A stretch of DNA of 64,000 nt from positions 27,498-91,497 of the forward strand of contig CAVKGV010000009.1 of the NCBI GenBank assembly GCA_963656065.1, given 5' to 3'. The DNA is from Alistipes onderdonkii (lineage in GTDB: Bacteria > Fibrobacterota > Fibrobacteria > Fibrobacterales > Fibrobacteraceae). The first letter of the stretch is position 1. Each line of letters begins with the position of its first letter. The notes beneath the pieces were generated by a model. It saw nothing but the letters and a program-made list of their open reading frames with translations, ran no database searches and had not been told where the DNA came from. This document shows positions 19,477 through 28,589 of the stretch, in pieces. The translations under genes and the position numbers were made by a program.

Positions 19477-20202
19477 GACATTCAAAATATAGTTTTCAGC
19501 GCAAAGAGTTTTCGCTGTTTTCTTTTTGCTCTTTTAATTTTTATGCTCTGCGCATGTGCGGGAGGGCGTACGGAAGTCTCTTCGGATGCGGTCACGTTCC
19601 GACAGACCGAAGAGCAAAAACTCATGATGCTCGAATCGACCTTTGAATCGCTCCGTGCGAAAGTCGCCGAAAATGTCCAACCAGAATCGCTCCTGGCCTT
19701 TATCACCGATTCGTCTTATTACTATGCCGATACGCTCCAGCGTTATGCTCTGGAAATGCCTGCGGAGCGTGTTGAACAGCTTCCGCTAGGCGAGATGCTC
19801 GCTGTCCTTATTTATCGGGTCTTTGACCGGGAACGCGCCTGGAATCCCAATATGAACGAGGATTTTCGGATGCTTTCGCTTTTGACGGGGAAAAACGGAG
19901 TTATCCAGCGAACAGCGGGACTTAAGCTTGGACCGTTTGAAATCAAGAAGGACCGCGGCAGCGTGGGGCTGGCTTCTAGCCCGAAGGTTCCCGTCATCAT
20001 TTTTGAATGGGATGATTCCAGCTGGAAACTTGATTTAAAAGCGACGCTTCCGCTCGTGACGAAAGGTCTTGAAAGCATCGGCGTCAAAAAGAAATGGACG
20101 ACAAAAGAACTCGCCCTGTATTTGATCGAAAAGGAATTTCATTATACCTATACGGACATTTCGTTCGATGACACGCTTCTTGATCCTTATTCCACGTTTT
20201 AG
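19471..20202 (+). CDS. Hypothetical lipoprotein
   Basis: Hydrophobic stretch and lipobox LCAC; heads the nudix-lpxC-fabZ run; start uncertain. Confidence 0.65.
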   Translation: MHDIQNIVFSAKSFRCFLFALLIFMLCACAGGRTEVSSDAVTFRQTEEQKLMMLESTFESLRAKVAENVQPESLLAFITDSSYYYADTLQRYALEMPAERVEQLPLGEMLAVLIYRVFDRERAWNPNMNEDFRMLSLLTGKNGVIQRTAGLKLGPFEIKKDRGSVGLASSPKVPVIIFEWDDSSWKLDLKATLPLVTKGLESIGVKKKWTTKELALYLIEKEFHYTYTDISFDDTLLDPYSTF

Positions 20203-20210
20203 TTTCGCTT

Positions 20211-20774
20211 ATGTGTAATTACAAATTAAAGCCTTGGAAAATCCTGGATTCGGAAACGCTTCTCGATTCGCGGTTTTTGAAAGTAAAGAAGGAAAAGTGC
20301 GAACTTTCGAATGGAAAGATCATTCCGGATTTTTACACGATTTGGCAGCCGGACTGGGTACTTGTTCTTGCGCAAAACGCCGAAGGTCTTTGGTTGATGG
20401 AACGGCAATATCGCCACGGTACGGAAAAGGTTTCCCTGGAGTTTCCGGCGGGAATCGTTGAATCCGGCGAATCTCCGGTCGATGCGGCCAAGCGGGAACT
20501 CCAGGAAGAGTGCGCCTTTGGCGGAGGAAACTTTGAATTCCTTGCGGAACTTCCGGTGAATCCTGACAGGCATCGGGGAAAATTCTTTGTCGTTCGGGCG
20601 ACAGGCGTTGTTCAATGCGGAGAAACCTCTTTTGATTCGAGTGAAGAAATAGAGACGCTTCAACTTTCGACGGAAGAAGTTCTGTCAAAAATGCGTTCGG
20701 GGGAAATTAACCATCCGCACCAGATTGCCGCATTTTTTCTCTACGGTCTGAAAAATCCCGCGGGATGCAAATGA
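20211..20774 (+). CDS. NUDIX hydrolase (ADP-ribose pyrophosphatase-like)
   Basis: Nudix box GIVESGESPVDAAKRELQEEC; QYR motif. Confidence 0.92.
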   Translation: MCNYKLKPWKILDSETLLDSRFLKVKKEKCELSNGKIIPDFYTIWQPDWVLVLAQNAEGLWLMERQYRHGTEKVSLEFPAGIVESGESPVDAAKRELQEECAFGGGNFEFLAELPVNPDRHRGKFFVVRATGVVQCGETSFDSSEEIETLQLSTEEVLSKMRSGEINHPHQIAAFFLYGLKNPAGCK

Positions 20775-21625
20775 AACAGTCAATTTTTAAAACGGAAATT
20801 CGTTCGCATTCGCTTTCGCTTGAAGATTCCGGAGTCCGGCTTGTCTGTGACCGGAAGGCTTTGCCGCAAATAAAATGGTTTGCTGCTTCCGGGGAAATGC
20901 TTTGGAACTCGTCGGATCCGACTTCTTTCCCGAAACTGGAATTTTTCGCAAAGCGTTCAAGCGGACTTTTCAAAAATTTACACTCTTCGATTTCTACAGT
21001 GGAACATCTCGCCCCGGTCCTCTTACTTTATCCAGAATCCTATCTGGAAATCCATGCTCTCGCCGAAGAACTTCCGATTTTGGACGGGAGCGCTTATCCA
21101 TGGTACGAAGCGGTACGCGGTCTTGCGGGAGTTCCGCAGAATCTTGGATTTTATGATGTGCCGCTTCGGGAACGCTTGGAATGGGATGGAGGCTTCTTTG
21201 AATTTTCTCCGGCGGAAACGCTCGAAATCGAATATTCCGTTTCGCATGGGAATTTCTCGGATGATGCCTTTGTAGCCATTTACGACGCGGAGGATCTGGT
21301 AAAGATTTTCCCTGCGCGGACATTTATTTTTGAAGATGATTTGAAAACAGCGCGGGCGAATGGACTGCTCGCTTTTGCGGACGAGCGGTCCGGGGTGCTG
21401 CTTGCGGAGGAAAACGGGGAGGCCGTCCCGAAGGCAGGAGGTCCGCTTCGGATGGAAAGCGAACCGGTCTTCCATAAAATTCTCGATTTGATCGGGGATA
21501 TTTCCCTTCCGGCGCCTTTTTTACCTAGATTGAGAATTCGAATTCACAACGGCGGGCATGTCGCTCACCGGAAACTTTTAGAGAGGTTGATGGATTATGC
21601 TTTTAGAAACGCTTCCCAAGTCTAG
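20765..21625 (+). CDS. lpxC: UDP-3-O-acyl-N-acetylglucosamine deacetylase (divergent)
   Basis: STVEHL, ELPILDGSA, PARTF, HKILDLIGD, GGH. Confidence 0.8.
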   Translation: MQMKQSIFKTEIRSHSLSLEDSGVRLVCDRKALPQIKWFAASGEMLWNSSDPTSFPKLEFFAKRSSGLFKNLHSSISTVEHLAPVLLLYPESYLEIHALAEELPILDGSAYPWYEAVRGLAGVPQNLGFYDVPLRERLEWDGGFFEFSPAETLEIEYSVSHGNFSDDAFVAIYDAEDLVKIFPARTFIFEDDLKTARANGLLAFADERSGVLLAEENGEAVPKAGGPLRMESEPVFHKILDLIGDISLPAPFLPRLRIRIHNGGHVAHRKLLERLMDYAFRNASQV

Positions 21626-22076
21626 TAAGCCCGGCGTTTTGTACGACTATGAGGCAATTCTACGGATTTTGCCGCATCGTTACCCGTTCCTTTTTATCGA
21701 ACAGGTTTTGTCCCTGGATGTTGCGTCCGAAATTCCGTCGATCGTTTGCGCCAAGAACGTTTCCTTTAACGAACCATTTTTTCAGGGGCATTTTCCGGGA
21801 GAACCGGTGATGCCCGGAGTCATCCAGATTGAAACGATGGCACAGGCCGGGGCGATTCTTGCGGGGCTTCGCTATGAGGCTGAATGCGCGGGGAAGCGTC
21901 CGGCGTTCATGGGAGTCGATGCTTGCCGTTTTCGCAAGCCTGTTCGTCCGGGAGACCGTTTGGAAGTCCGCGTAACGCTTGACAAAATGCGGCGCGGGAT
22001 TCTCTTTTTTACCGGAGAAATTCGTTCGGATGATGCGCCGGTATGCGGTGCGACATTCACGGCGACGATGATTTAA
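21597..22076 (+). CDS. fabZ: 3-hydroxyacyl-ACP dehydratase
   Basis: ILPHRYPFL, NEPFFQGHFPGEPVMPGV, FRKPVRPGD. Confidence 0.95.
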   Translation: MLLETLPKSSKPGVLYDYEAILRILPHRYPFLFIEQVLSLDVASEIPSIVCAKNVSFNEPFFQGHFPGEPVMPGVIQIETMAQAGAILAGLRYEAECAGKRPAFMGVDACRFRKPVRPGDRLEVRVTLDKMRRGILFFTGEIRSDDAPVCGATFTATMI

Positions 22077-22109
22077 TCCTTGAAAATTTTCGGCAAATTA
22101 ATTTATACG

Positions 22110-22138
22110 AAAAATCCCTCGCCTTGGCGAGGGATTTT
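22110..22138. terminator. Bidirectional intrinsic terminator
   Basis: AAAATCCCTCGCC-TT-GGCGAGGGATTTT between convergent genes. Confidence 0.85.
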
Positions 22139-22155
22139 GATCTTTTCCGAGACGG

Positions 22156-24030
22156 TTACTTTATCTGGATTGTCCGATGGGCGTTGAAATTTTTCCCCTT
22201 GACGCGGACAAGGTAAACGCCCTGGGAAATTTTGGAAAGATCGAACTGATGCGTTCCGGCGGTAAGGATTCCTCGGTGCAGAGTGGCAACTTGCGAACCT
22301 TTCAATGTGTAGATGCCGACAGAAATATTTCCCGATTGCGCCACGGAAAGTTGCAAAGTGTTTCCGCTGAAATGCATCGAAGTTCTGGCAAAGGTTATTC
22401 TCGGAGAAATTCCCGCGATATAATCTTCGTTGTTGAAGACTATCTTGATTTCGGGAATCATCGCTTCGGTATTGCCAAAGCTCCGGGAGAATGCGTCATA
22501 TTTGTCCGTGTTGAAGTTGAAGAGCGTGTCCCCAGCGACAACATCGTCGTAAAGAATCGTTCCCTTGTAGCCTGCGGCGTAGTTCGCGATGATGATGCTG
22601 CGCGTCTGGTTCCTGTCGGCGAACGAGGAAATATCGTAGGAGCAGGTTTTCTTTTCGCCGGCTGCAACGGTACATTCCCCGTCGATTTCGGTCCATGTCC
22701 AGGCGTCGGTGAGTTTCAAAATCAGATAGAGTTTGGCTTCGGATGATCCGTTGTTCTTGGCGACAAACGAAAGCGTGTTTGCGCTTCCCAGGTCAAAAGA
22801 TTTCTGGTATTCGATCTGTGCGTTGTCATCGCCGTATGTGACAGCCATCATGCCGTTTCCCGTTGCGTCTTCGATATCGACATCCTTGATTTTGATGCTC
22901 GCTTCTTCGGTTGCTGCCAAGGCTTTCATCGCGGCGAGGGCCGGGTCGATTGTGTAGGAATACCCGCCAAATTGTTCTTCGGTCTTGTCTCCGATGTATT
23001 GCCAGGCAAGCGCGCCGGCGTATCCGCCGTCAAAGGCCTTGCGGTAACATTCTTCGGTAGAAATTTCCGTCTTGGCTGCCATGGAAGAGACGTAAGTGTC
23101 CCCGCTCCATCCGCTCGCCGGAAATTCGCCGATGATCATCGGCTTGCTGTCGTAGCCGTATGTAGTGGCCATCTGGGCTGCGGTATTTATGAACGGAGAA
23201 ACTGCGTCCGCTTGCCAGTAGGGATAGTAGTGTGTCTGGAAAAAGTCGAGCGTTCCGTTCTGTTCGCCGCCCGCTGCGACGAGAGCGGCATCGTTCCAGT
23301 GTTTTTGGTATTGGATGTTTACGCTTCCGGTGGAAACGAGGAGTTCGGAATCTATCGTGTGGATGGCTGCGGCAACCTTGTTCGTGAATTTCTGGAGCTT
23401 GGCAAGTTCCATTTTTTGGGAAGTCCAGCCTCCGCATTCGGTAGTCATGCCTTCCGGTTCGTTGAAAACTTCCCAGGACATCAGGGCGTTGTGGTTTCCG
23501 ATCGCCTTGACGACCGGGATGAGGACGTTGTCGATAAAGGCCGTGGTGCCTTCGTCATCGAAGAGCTTTTGGTTCGCTTTGAAGTCGAGTTTGTCTCCGG
23601 CGTAGATTCCCCATTGGTTCGGTTCCATCAGGTTGTGGCTGAAAAGGCACATCGATACCATGACACCGTATTCCTCGGCGATGTCGAGCGCCTTTTTCAT
23701 GTTGCTGATGGTGTTTTCCTTGAGGCCCGAAACGAGGTGCGTGGTCGTGTCAATTGCGGGGCTTTGGCTCATGTTGTTGAAAAGCCACCAGCGGATGGAA
23801 TTTCCGCCCGCCGCGCGGGTGCCTTCGACGGCTTTGCGCCAGGCGTTTTCGTTGAGCGGGCTATCGCCTACGTCGGAGTTGTAGTCTGCCCATGCGAGGT
23901 TTGTCCCGCTGAAGAAAATTTTCTTTCCGTTGTATTGTAATTCGGTGCCGTTTACGGTGAGGCCCGGAGCCGCCCAGAGCATTCCCGTCGCAAGTCCGGC
24001 GATGGTCAGGCTTTTAATCCAATGGTTCAT
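22156..24030 (-). CDS. Secreted GH5 endo-beta-1,4-mannanase-like enzyme (GH5_10-like) + CBM-like module + T9SS-like CTD
   Basis: Signal peptide; FFSGTNLAW, WEVFNEPEG (acid/base), QTHYY, IIGEF (nucleophile); basic tail GVYLVRVK. Confidence 0.85.
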   Translation of the reverse strand: MNHWIKSLTIAGLATGMLWAAPGLTVNGTELQYNGKKIFFSGTNLAWADYNSDVGDSPLNENAWRKAVEGTRAAGGNSIRWWLFNNMSQSPAIDTTTHLVSGLKENTISNMKKALDIAEEYGVMVSMCLFSHNLMEPNQWGIYAGDKLDFKANQKLFDDEGTTAFIDNVLIPVVKAIGNHNALMSWEVFNEPEGMTTECGGWTSQKMELAKLQKFTNKVAAAIHTIDSELLVSTGSVNIQYQKHWNDAALVAAGGEQNGTLDFFQTHYYPYWQADAVSPFINTAAQMATTYGYDSKPMIIGEFPASGWSGDTYVSSMAAKTEISTEECYRKAFDGGYAGALAWQYIGDKTEEQFGGYSYTIDPALAAMKALAATEEASIKIKDVDIEDATGNGMMAVTYGDDNAQIEYQKSFDLGSANTLSFVAKNNGSSEAKLYLILKLTDAWTWTEIDGECTVAAGEKKTCSYDISSFADRNQTRSIIIANYAAGYKGTILYDDVVAGDTLFNFNTDKYDAFSRSFGNTEAMIPEIKIVFNNEDYIAGISPRITFARTSMHFSGNTLQLSVAQSGNISVGIYTLKGSQVATLHRGILTAGTHQFDLSKISQGVYLVRVKGKNFNAHRTIQIK

Positions 24031-24129
24031 GATTTCTCCTGCGAGGATGACAATTAAAGACTTTTATAAAATAAATTAAAATTTCGAGGATGGAAAACAG
24101 AAAAATCCCCCGGTTGGGGGAATTTGAAA

Positions 24130-25977
24130 TTATGGAACGAGAATTTTCTGCTGCTGGGTTCCTGAACGATTTTGGATGCGGACAAGATAAATGCCTTGGG
24201 AAAGTTTCGAAAGATTTGCCGTATGCGTTCCCGCCGAAAGGTTCTCGCCGATGGTCAGGATGCGCTTTCCCGACAGCGAGTAGAGGGAAACCCGGGATGC
24301 TTTTTGCAGCGTGAACTGGAGCGTTTTTCCCCGCTGGACAATTTGGACGCTTTGTTTGTGATTCTTCGGAGCGAGCTTTACGGAGACGTTTTCCCAGCCC
24401 GGCATGGATTCGAGCGAAAGAATCCGGCTGTCGGAGAGGTTCTTCTGCCAGACGGAATTGTCGGTCTGGTTGAGGAATCCGCTACTCCACGTGTTGTACC
24501 ACGGCATCCAGAAACTCCAGACGGCGTTGTCGTCAAACGTGCTGTCAACGTCGGGAATCGGGCCGTTTTCGGTCAGGGCGAGTATCTTGTGCGAACCGAT
24601 TTCATCGATGATTTTGTTGTAGTAGTTGACATTTGACTGGTTGTCGCCCGAATTGTTGTAAATATCGACTCCAACGATATCGACGTAATCGTCTCCGGGA
24701 TACCATTCCGGATTCAGGGCGTTGTAATCGTAGCCGAGTTGCGGGTCGCGTTCGATGTTCCAGATCCACAGGGCGTTTTTCACGCCGTTTACGTTGACCA
24801 TCCGGTCATAGACCAGCTTGTAGAGTTGCTTGTAGCAATCCGGTCCGGCGACGCCCCACCAGAACCATCCGCCGGCGGCTTCGTGGAGCGGTCTCCAGAG
24901 AATGGCGACGCCCGAATCCTGCAAATCGAGGAAGCGTTTTGAAATTTTATCGACATCGGCCATGATAAGCTGGTAGGTTTCCGATGCGGTGTTGACTTCT
25001 TCGCACTTGTCGCCGCTAAACGCCTTTGTATAGTTGAAACACGTGTTGTCGGACGAGCTTGCGATGACGCCGTCCGTGCAACTTTCGTTTTTGAACCCTT
25101 GGCTTTTGGTGTAGAAAACAGTATCGGTTCCGACTTTCCAGTGCCACGTAAATGCCGGGACTCCGCCCATGTTCCACAGCTCCCTTGCCATGCGGATGTT
25201 GTTGTCCGTGTAGCCGCTGAACCAGCCTTCGTCGGAATGTCCTCCCGTCGCAAACAGCATGTCGAATCCGCCGAGTGCGGGGTAGTGGCCCGAACGTTTG
25301 TAGAACTCGGAAATGTCTTCCTGGCCCTTCCAGGTCGTTTTTTCATCGGAAACGCTGCAGCTGTCGCTTGGCACGCAGGATGTGATGAGGTAGCTGTCTT
25401 CGAGGGTCGCTCCGTAGTGGTAGTTGAAGGCGTTGTCGCCAATCATCATGCCGCTGAGCGTTTTCTTTCCGAAATTTTCGGTAAGGAAGTTTTTCAGCTT
25501 GTAGGCGCTTTCGGTGGCGCCGGGAGTCACGGGCTTTGCGTCGAGCGAGAATACGATTTCCGGATGCGGATCGACTTCGAGATAGTCGATGTTTAGTTGT
25601 CCGCCGGAAACCTGGACCGTGTTTTCTCCGACATTGAATTTTGCCGATGCCTTGAGCGTGTAATGCGTGTAGGCGCTGTCGGGGGAATTGGTGAGGGTCG
25701 AGGATAGCTGCTTGCCGTTTACGGAAATGCTTGTGTTGAACCAGTCGTATTGCCTGACGGAAACGGGGATAGTCAAGTCGTAGATTCCGGCTTGTTCTGC
25801 CGAGACGATAAAGCTGAGCCCGTTTGCGTTGACGCATTTTCCGCCGGAACAGGCCGAGCTGTCGATGACGGTTGCGCTCTCGGGAAGGCTTTGGTTTTCG
25901 GCTTCGTAGCGCGTTTCGGCATGGGCGGTTGCAAACAGTGCAAGACCGGCACAAGCGGCAAGAGATATTTTAAGCAT
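24130..25977 (-). CDS. Secreted GH26 beta-mannanase with N-terminal CBM35-like module and T9SS-like CTD
   Basis: RYEAEN...NIDYLEV module; WRPLHEAAGGWFWWG, WYPGDDYVDIVGVDIY, ALTENG; AAAGGAG RBS before ATG 25977. Confidence 0.9.
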   Translation of the reverse strand: MLKISLAACAGLALFATAHAETRYEAENQSLPESATVIDSSACSGGKCVNANGLSFIVSAEQAGIYDLTIPVSVRQYDWFNTSISVNGKQLSSTLTNSPDSAYTHYTLKASAKFNVGENTVQVSGGQLNIDYLEVDPHPEIVFSLDAKPVTPGATESAYKLKNFLTENFGKKTLSGMMIGDNAFNYHYGATLEDSYLITSCVPSDSCSVSDEKTTWKGQEDISEFYKRSGHYPALGGFDMLFATGGHSDEGWFSGYTDNNIRMARELWNMGGVPAFTWHWKVGTDTVFYTKSQGFKNESCTDGVIASSSDNTCFNYTKAFSGDKCEEVNTASETYQLIMADVDKISKRFLDLQDSGVAILWRPLHEAAGGWFWWGVAGPDCYKQLYKLVYDRMVNVNGVKNALWIWNIERDPQLGYDYNALNPEWYPGDDYVDIVGVDIYNNSGDNQSNVNYYNKIIDEIGSHKILALTENGPIPDVDSTFDDNAVWSFWMPWYNTWSSGFLNQTDNSVWQKNLSDSRILSLESMPGWENVSVKLAPKNHKQSVQIVQRGKTLQFTLQKASRVSLYSLSGKRILTIGENLSAGTHTANLSKLSQGIYLVRIQNRSGTQQQKILVP

Positions 25978-26176
25978 GAACACTCCTTTCTGATTCATCC
26001 TTAATCTATTTTCAAATGGATTTTTTTGGACGAAAACGCCAGGATTTTTTTTGAAAAAACATCTATCGGGAATATCTATGTAGGCTTTTCCGAAATATTT
26101 GAATTTTTTTTTGAAAAAAAATACACAAAAAAAGAGCGCTTTGCGGAAAGCGCCCTTTGTAAAATTTTTTGGAAAG

Positions 26177-28114
26177 CTAGTGGAGGCGGAGAGCCTTTGA
26201 TGTAGCGAATCCGTTGCCCTTGACGCGGACGATGTAATTTCCTCTTGAGAGATTTTCGAGGGAGAAATTCTGGATCCCGGCGGAAAGGCTTCCCTGCGAG
26301 AGATTCTTTACCAGGTGACCGGTTGCGTCAAAGAGGGCGATGCTCGTCTTGCCGGACTTGGGAATCGCGATGGAAAGCGTTCCGTTCTGGAGCGACATCT
26401 GGAGCTTGGAATTCGAAGCCTTGGCGAAAATCGCTGTTGACGTTTTTCCCATACCGATGACTTCGGCGACAAAGAGGTTCTTCGGCTGATCAACCTTGAA
26501 GCTCTTTTTCGTGTCGTCAAAGTTTTCGAACACCGTGCTTCCGATTTGGACGTTGTCGAAGAAAATCGTTCCCGCGTAATTTTCACCCGAAATTTCGATA
26601 TAGATTTTCGAAATGTTGCTCATGAAATTCGTGTAATCGCTTCCCGTGAGAACGGTTTCACCCATCGCCGTCGTAGAGAGGTCGATTTCGCAGACTGTGG
26701 AATCGCCTGCGTTGATCCAGCAACCGTCCGGCTGGGCCCAGGCCCAATCGGTGGATGCGTTCCCGAGGAATGCGACTGTAAACCAGATGCCGGAGAGCTT
26801 ATTCGAATTGAAAACGGTTAGACTGATGTGGTTTTCAGCAGACAGGTCATAGCTTCCGTCTCCGATGATGACGTTGCCCCGTGCGGTATCGCCTGCCGGC
26901 GTGTCGAATGTGACGCGCAACCATCCGTTTGTCGCCGTGTCGCCCGGATAGATTTCTTCAATGACGCGAGCCGTGTCCAGGTCCTTGAGTTCGTAGCCGA
27001 CTTCACAGGAGGCAACCGGTGTGTCTGAAATCGTGTAATTGTCCCAGCCGGGCATTTCGCTGAGCGTAATCGTGCACGGGCTTTCCATGTTCGCTTTCCA
27101 AACTGCGCTTACGGTCTGGTTCAGGAAATTTCCGTCCCATGTCTGGTACCACGGCATCCACCAGGACCAGCGGCTGTTGTTTTCCGCCATGACGGAGAGG
27201 TCGGGAATCGGGCCGTTTTCGGAAATGGCGAAAATCTTGTCCGAACCGAAATTTTTTTCCAGATCCGTGCGCGCGGAAAGGAACTTGGAGGAATAGTCGT
27301 AGGCTTCGTAGATGTCGAGGCTGATGATGTCGTAATAGGATTTGCCCGGATTCCAGTCGGTGTCGGTTGCATATTCGGGGTTCCATACCCAGACCAGGTT
27401 TTTCACGCCTTTGGCATTCATTTCTTCATAGATGAGTTTATACAGGGCCTGGAAAGCGGCTCCGCCGCGGGTTCCCCACCAGAACCATTTGCCGGAAGCT
27501 TCATGCACCGGACGGAAAATGGCAGCGACTCCGGCTTGCTGGAGTTCCAGGAAGTAGGCGGCGATTTCGTCAATGTCGCTCTTCAGCTGGCTGTAAGTGG
27601 TGGAGTTCTCGTCCCATGTGCAGTTCGCCGTGCAGCTCGGGTCGGTGAATCCTTGCGTGAAATCGAATGTTGTATAAGGATCGCCGGAACCGGCTACGTA
27701 AAAGGCATCGACCTGGTCGCTCGGGTCTTTCCAGTGCCAGGTGAAAGCCGGGATGCCGCCTTCCGTCCAAAGGTCCTTTGCCGCATCGATGATGTATTGC
27801 GTGTATTGTTGATACCAGTTGTCGTTAGCCTTGACGCCGGTAGCGAAGAGAAAGTCCAAGCCGACGAGAGCGGGATATTTTCCGGTGTGGACATAGAAGG
27901 AATCGACATCGGGCAGGGATTTGAACGTCGCCGTATTCACGTCTCCCGTCTGGATCCCGGCAACGGTCTTTACTCCGTAATTGACCGCCAGAAAGTTGTA
28001 GAGCTTTTGCGCGGATTCCGTGGCGCCTTCGGTTACCGGGCTGTAGCTGACTCCGGCGAAGATGCTTGCGCTTGCAAGTCCAAGGACCGCCAGCGATTTA
28101 GAAAAAAGGTTCAT
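26177..28114 (-). CDS. Secreted GH26 beta-mannanase + CBM-like module + T9SS-like CTD
   Basis: FRPVHEASGKWFWWG, AISENG, WWMPW; GAGGAG RBS; tail GNYIVRVK. Confidence 0.9.
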   Translation of the reverse strand: MNLFSKSLAVLGLASASIFAGVSYSPVTEGATESAQKLYNFLAVNYGVKTVAGIQTGDVNTATFKSLPDVDSFYVHTGKYPALVGLDFLFATGVKANDNWYQQYTQYIIDAAKDLWTEGGIPAFTWHWKDPSDQVDAFYVAGSGDPYTTFDFTQGFTDPSCTANCTWDENSTTYSQLKSDIDEIAAYFLELQQAGVAAIFRPVHEASGKWFWWGTRGGAAFQALYKLIYEEMNAKGVKNLVWVWNPEYATDTDWNPGKSYYDIISLDIYEAYDYSSKFLSARTDLEKNFGSDKIFAISENGPIPDLSVMAENNSRWSWWMPWYQTWDGNFLNQTVSAVWKANMESPCTITLSEMPGWDNYTISDTPVASCEVGYELKDLDTARVIEEIYPGDTATNGWLRVTFDTPAGDTARGNVIIGDGSYDLSAENHISLTVFNSNKLSGIWFTVAFLGNASTDWAWAQPDGCWINAGDSTVCEIDLSTTAMGETVLTGSDYTNFMSNISKIYIEISGENYAGTIFFDNVQIGSTVFENFDDTKKSFKVDQPKNLFVAEVIGMGKTSTAIFAKASNSKLQMSLQNGTLSIAIPKSGKTSIALFDATGHLVKNLSQGSLSAGIQNFSLENLSRGNYIVRVKGNGFATSKALRLH

Positions 28115-28170
28115 AGACACTCCTCGTTTTTGTGATTGGGATAATATAGGAATTAGGAGTGAATGATTCA

Positions 28171-28551
28171 GCGCTTAGTCGGGTTTCAGAGCTTTGTTGA
28201 TAGAACTTAGAGCTTAGAATCGTGGACATTTAAGTTTGCGGGAATCAGGAATTAAACGTTCGCACGTCTAGGCTTTTGTCGCGGTGCGACTAGGTCGGCT
28301 TCCCGGCGAGGGGCAAGGTACCTCCTTCCTTGCAACCACCCTGTCATTCTGGAGGCTGAAAGCCGATAGAATCAGCCACGCTTTTTTTCAGAGATTTCGG
28401 CTTGTCGTCATTCTGGAACTCCCGAAGGGAGTGATAGAATCAGTTCTCAGCTCTGGACCTGGATCCTATCGGTCGCGGATCTCCCTCCAGGATGACAGAA
28501 GAGCGTTCATGCCCGCCGTCATTCCACTCTCCACTCTCAACACTCCACTCT
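28171..28551. repeat. REP/BIME-like mosaic, copy 2
   Basis: Units at 28342-28373(+), 28406-28441(+), 28461-28497(-); AGCTTAG-type heptamers on the left, CCACTCT heptamers on the right. Confidence 0.85.
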
Positions 28552-28589
28552 AAACGTTGATTTGACTGTCAGCAAACTGTCTTGAATCG

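Noticed and set aside
22972..23940. 322-aa plus-strand ORF (similar ones at 47038-48144 and 37300-38337)
   Set aside because: Antisense to well-supported genes, with no recognisable domains
26015..26125. T-run/G/A-run palindromes upstream of the CBM35-GH26 gene as operators
   Set aside because: Low-complexity AT-rich sequence; similar runs occur in many intergenic regions here
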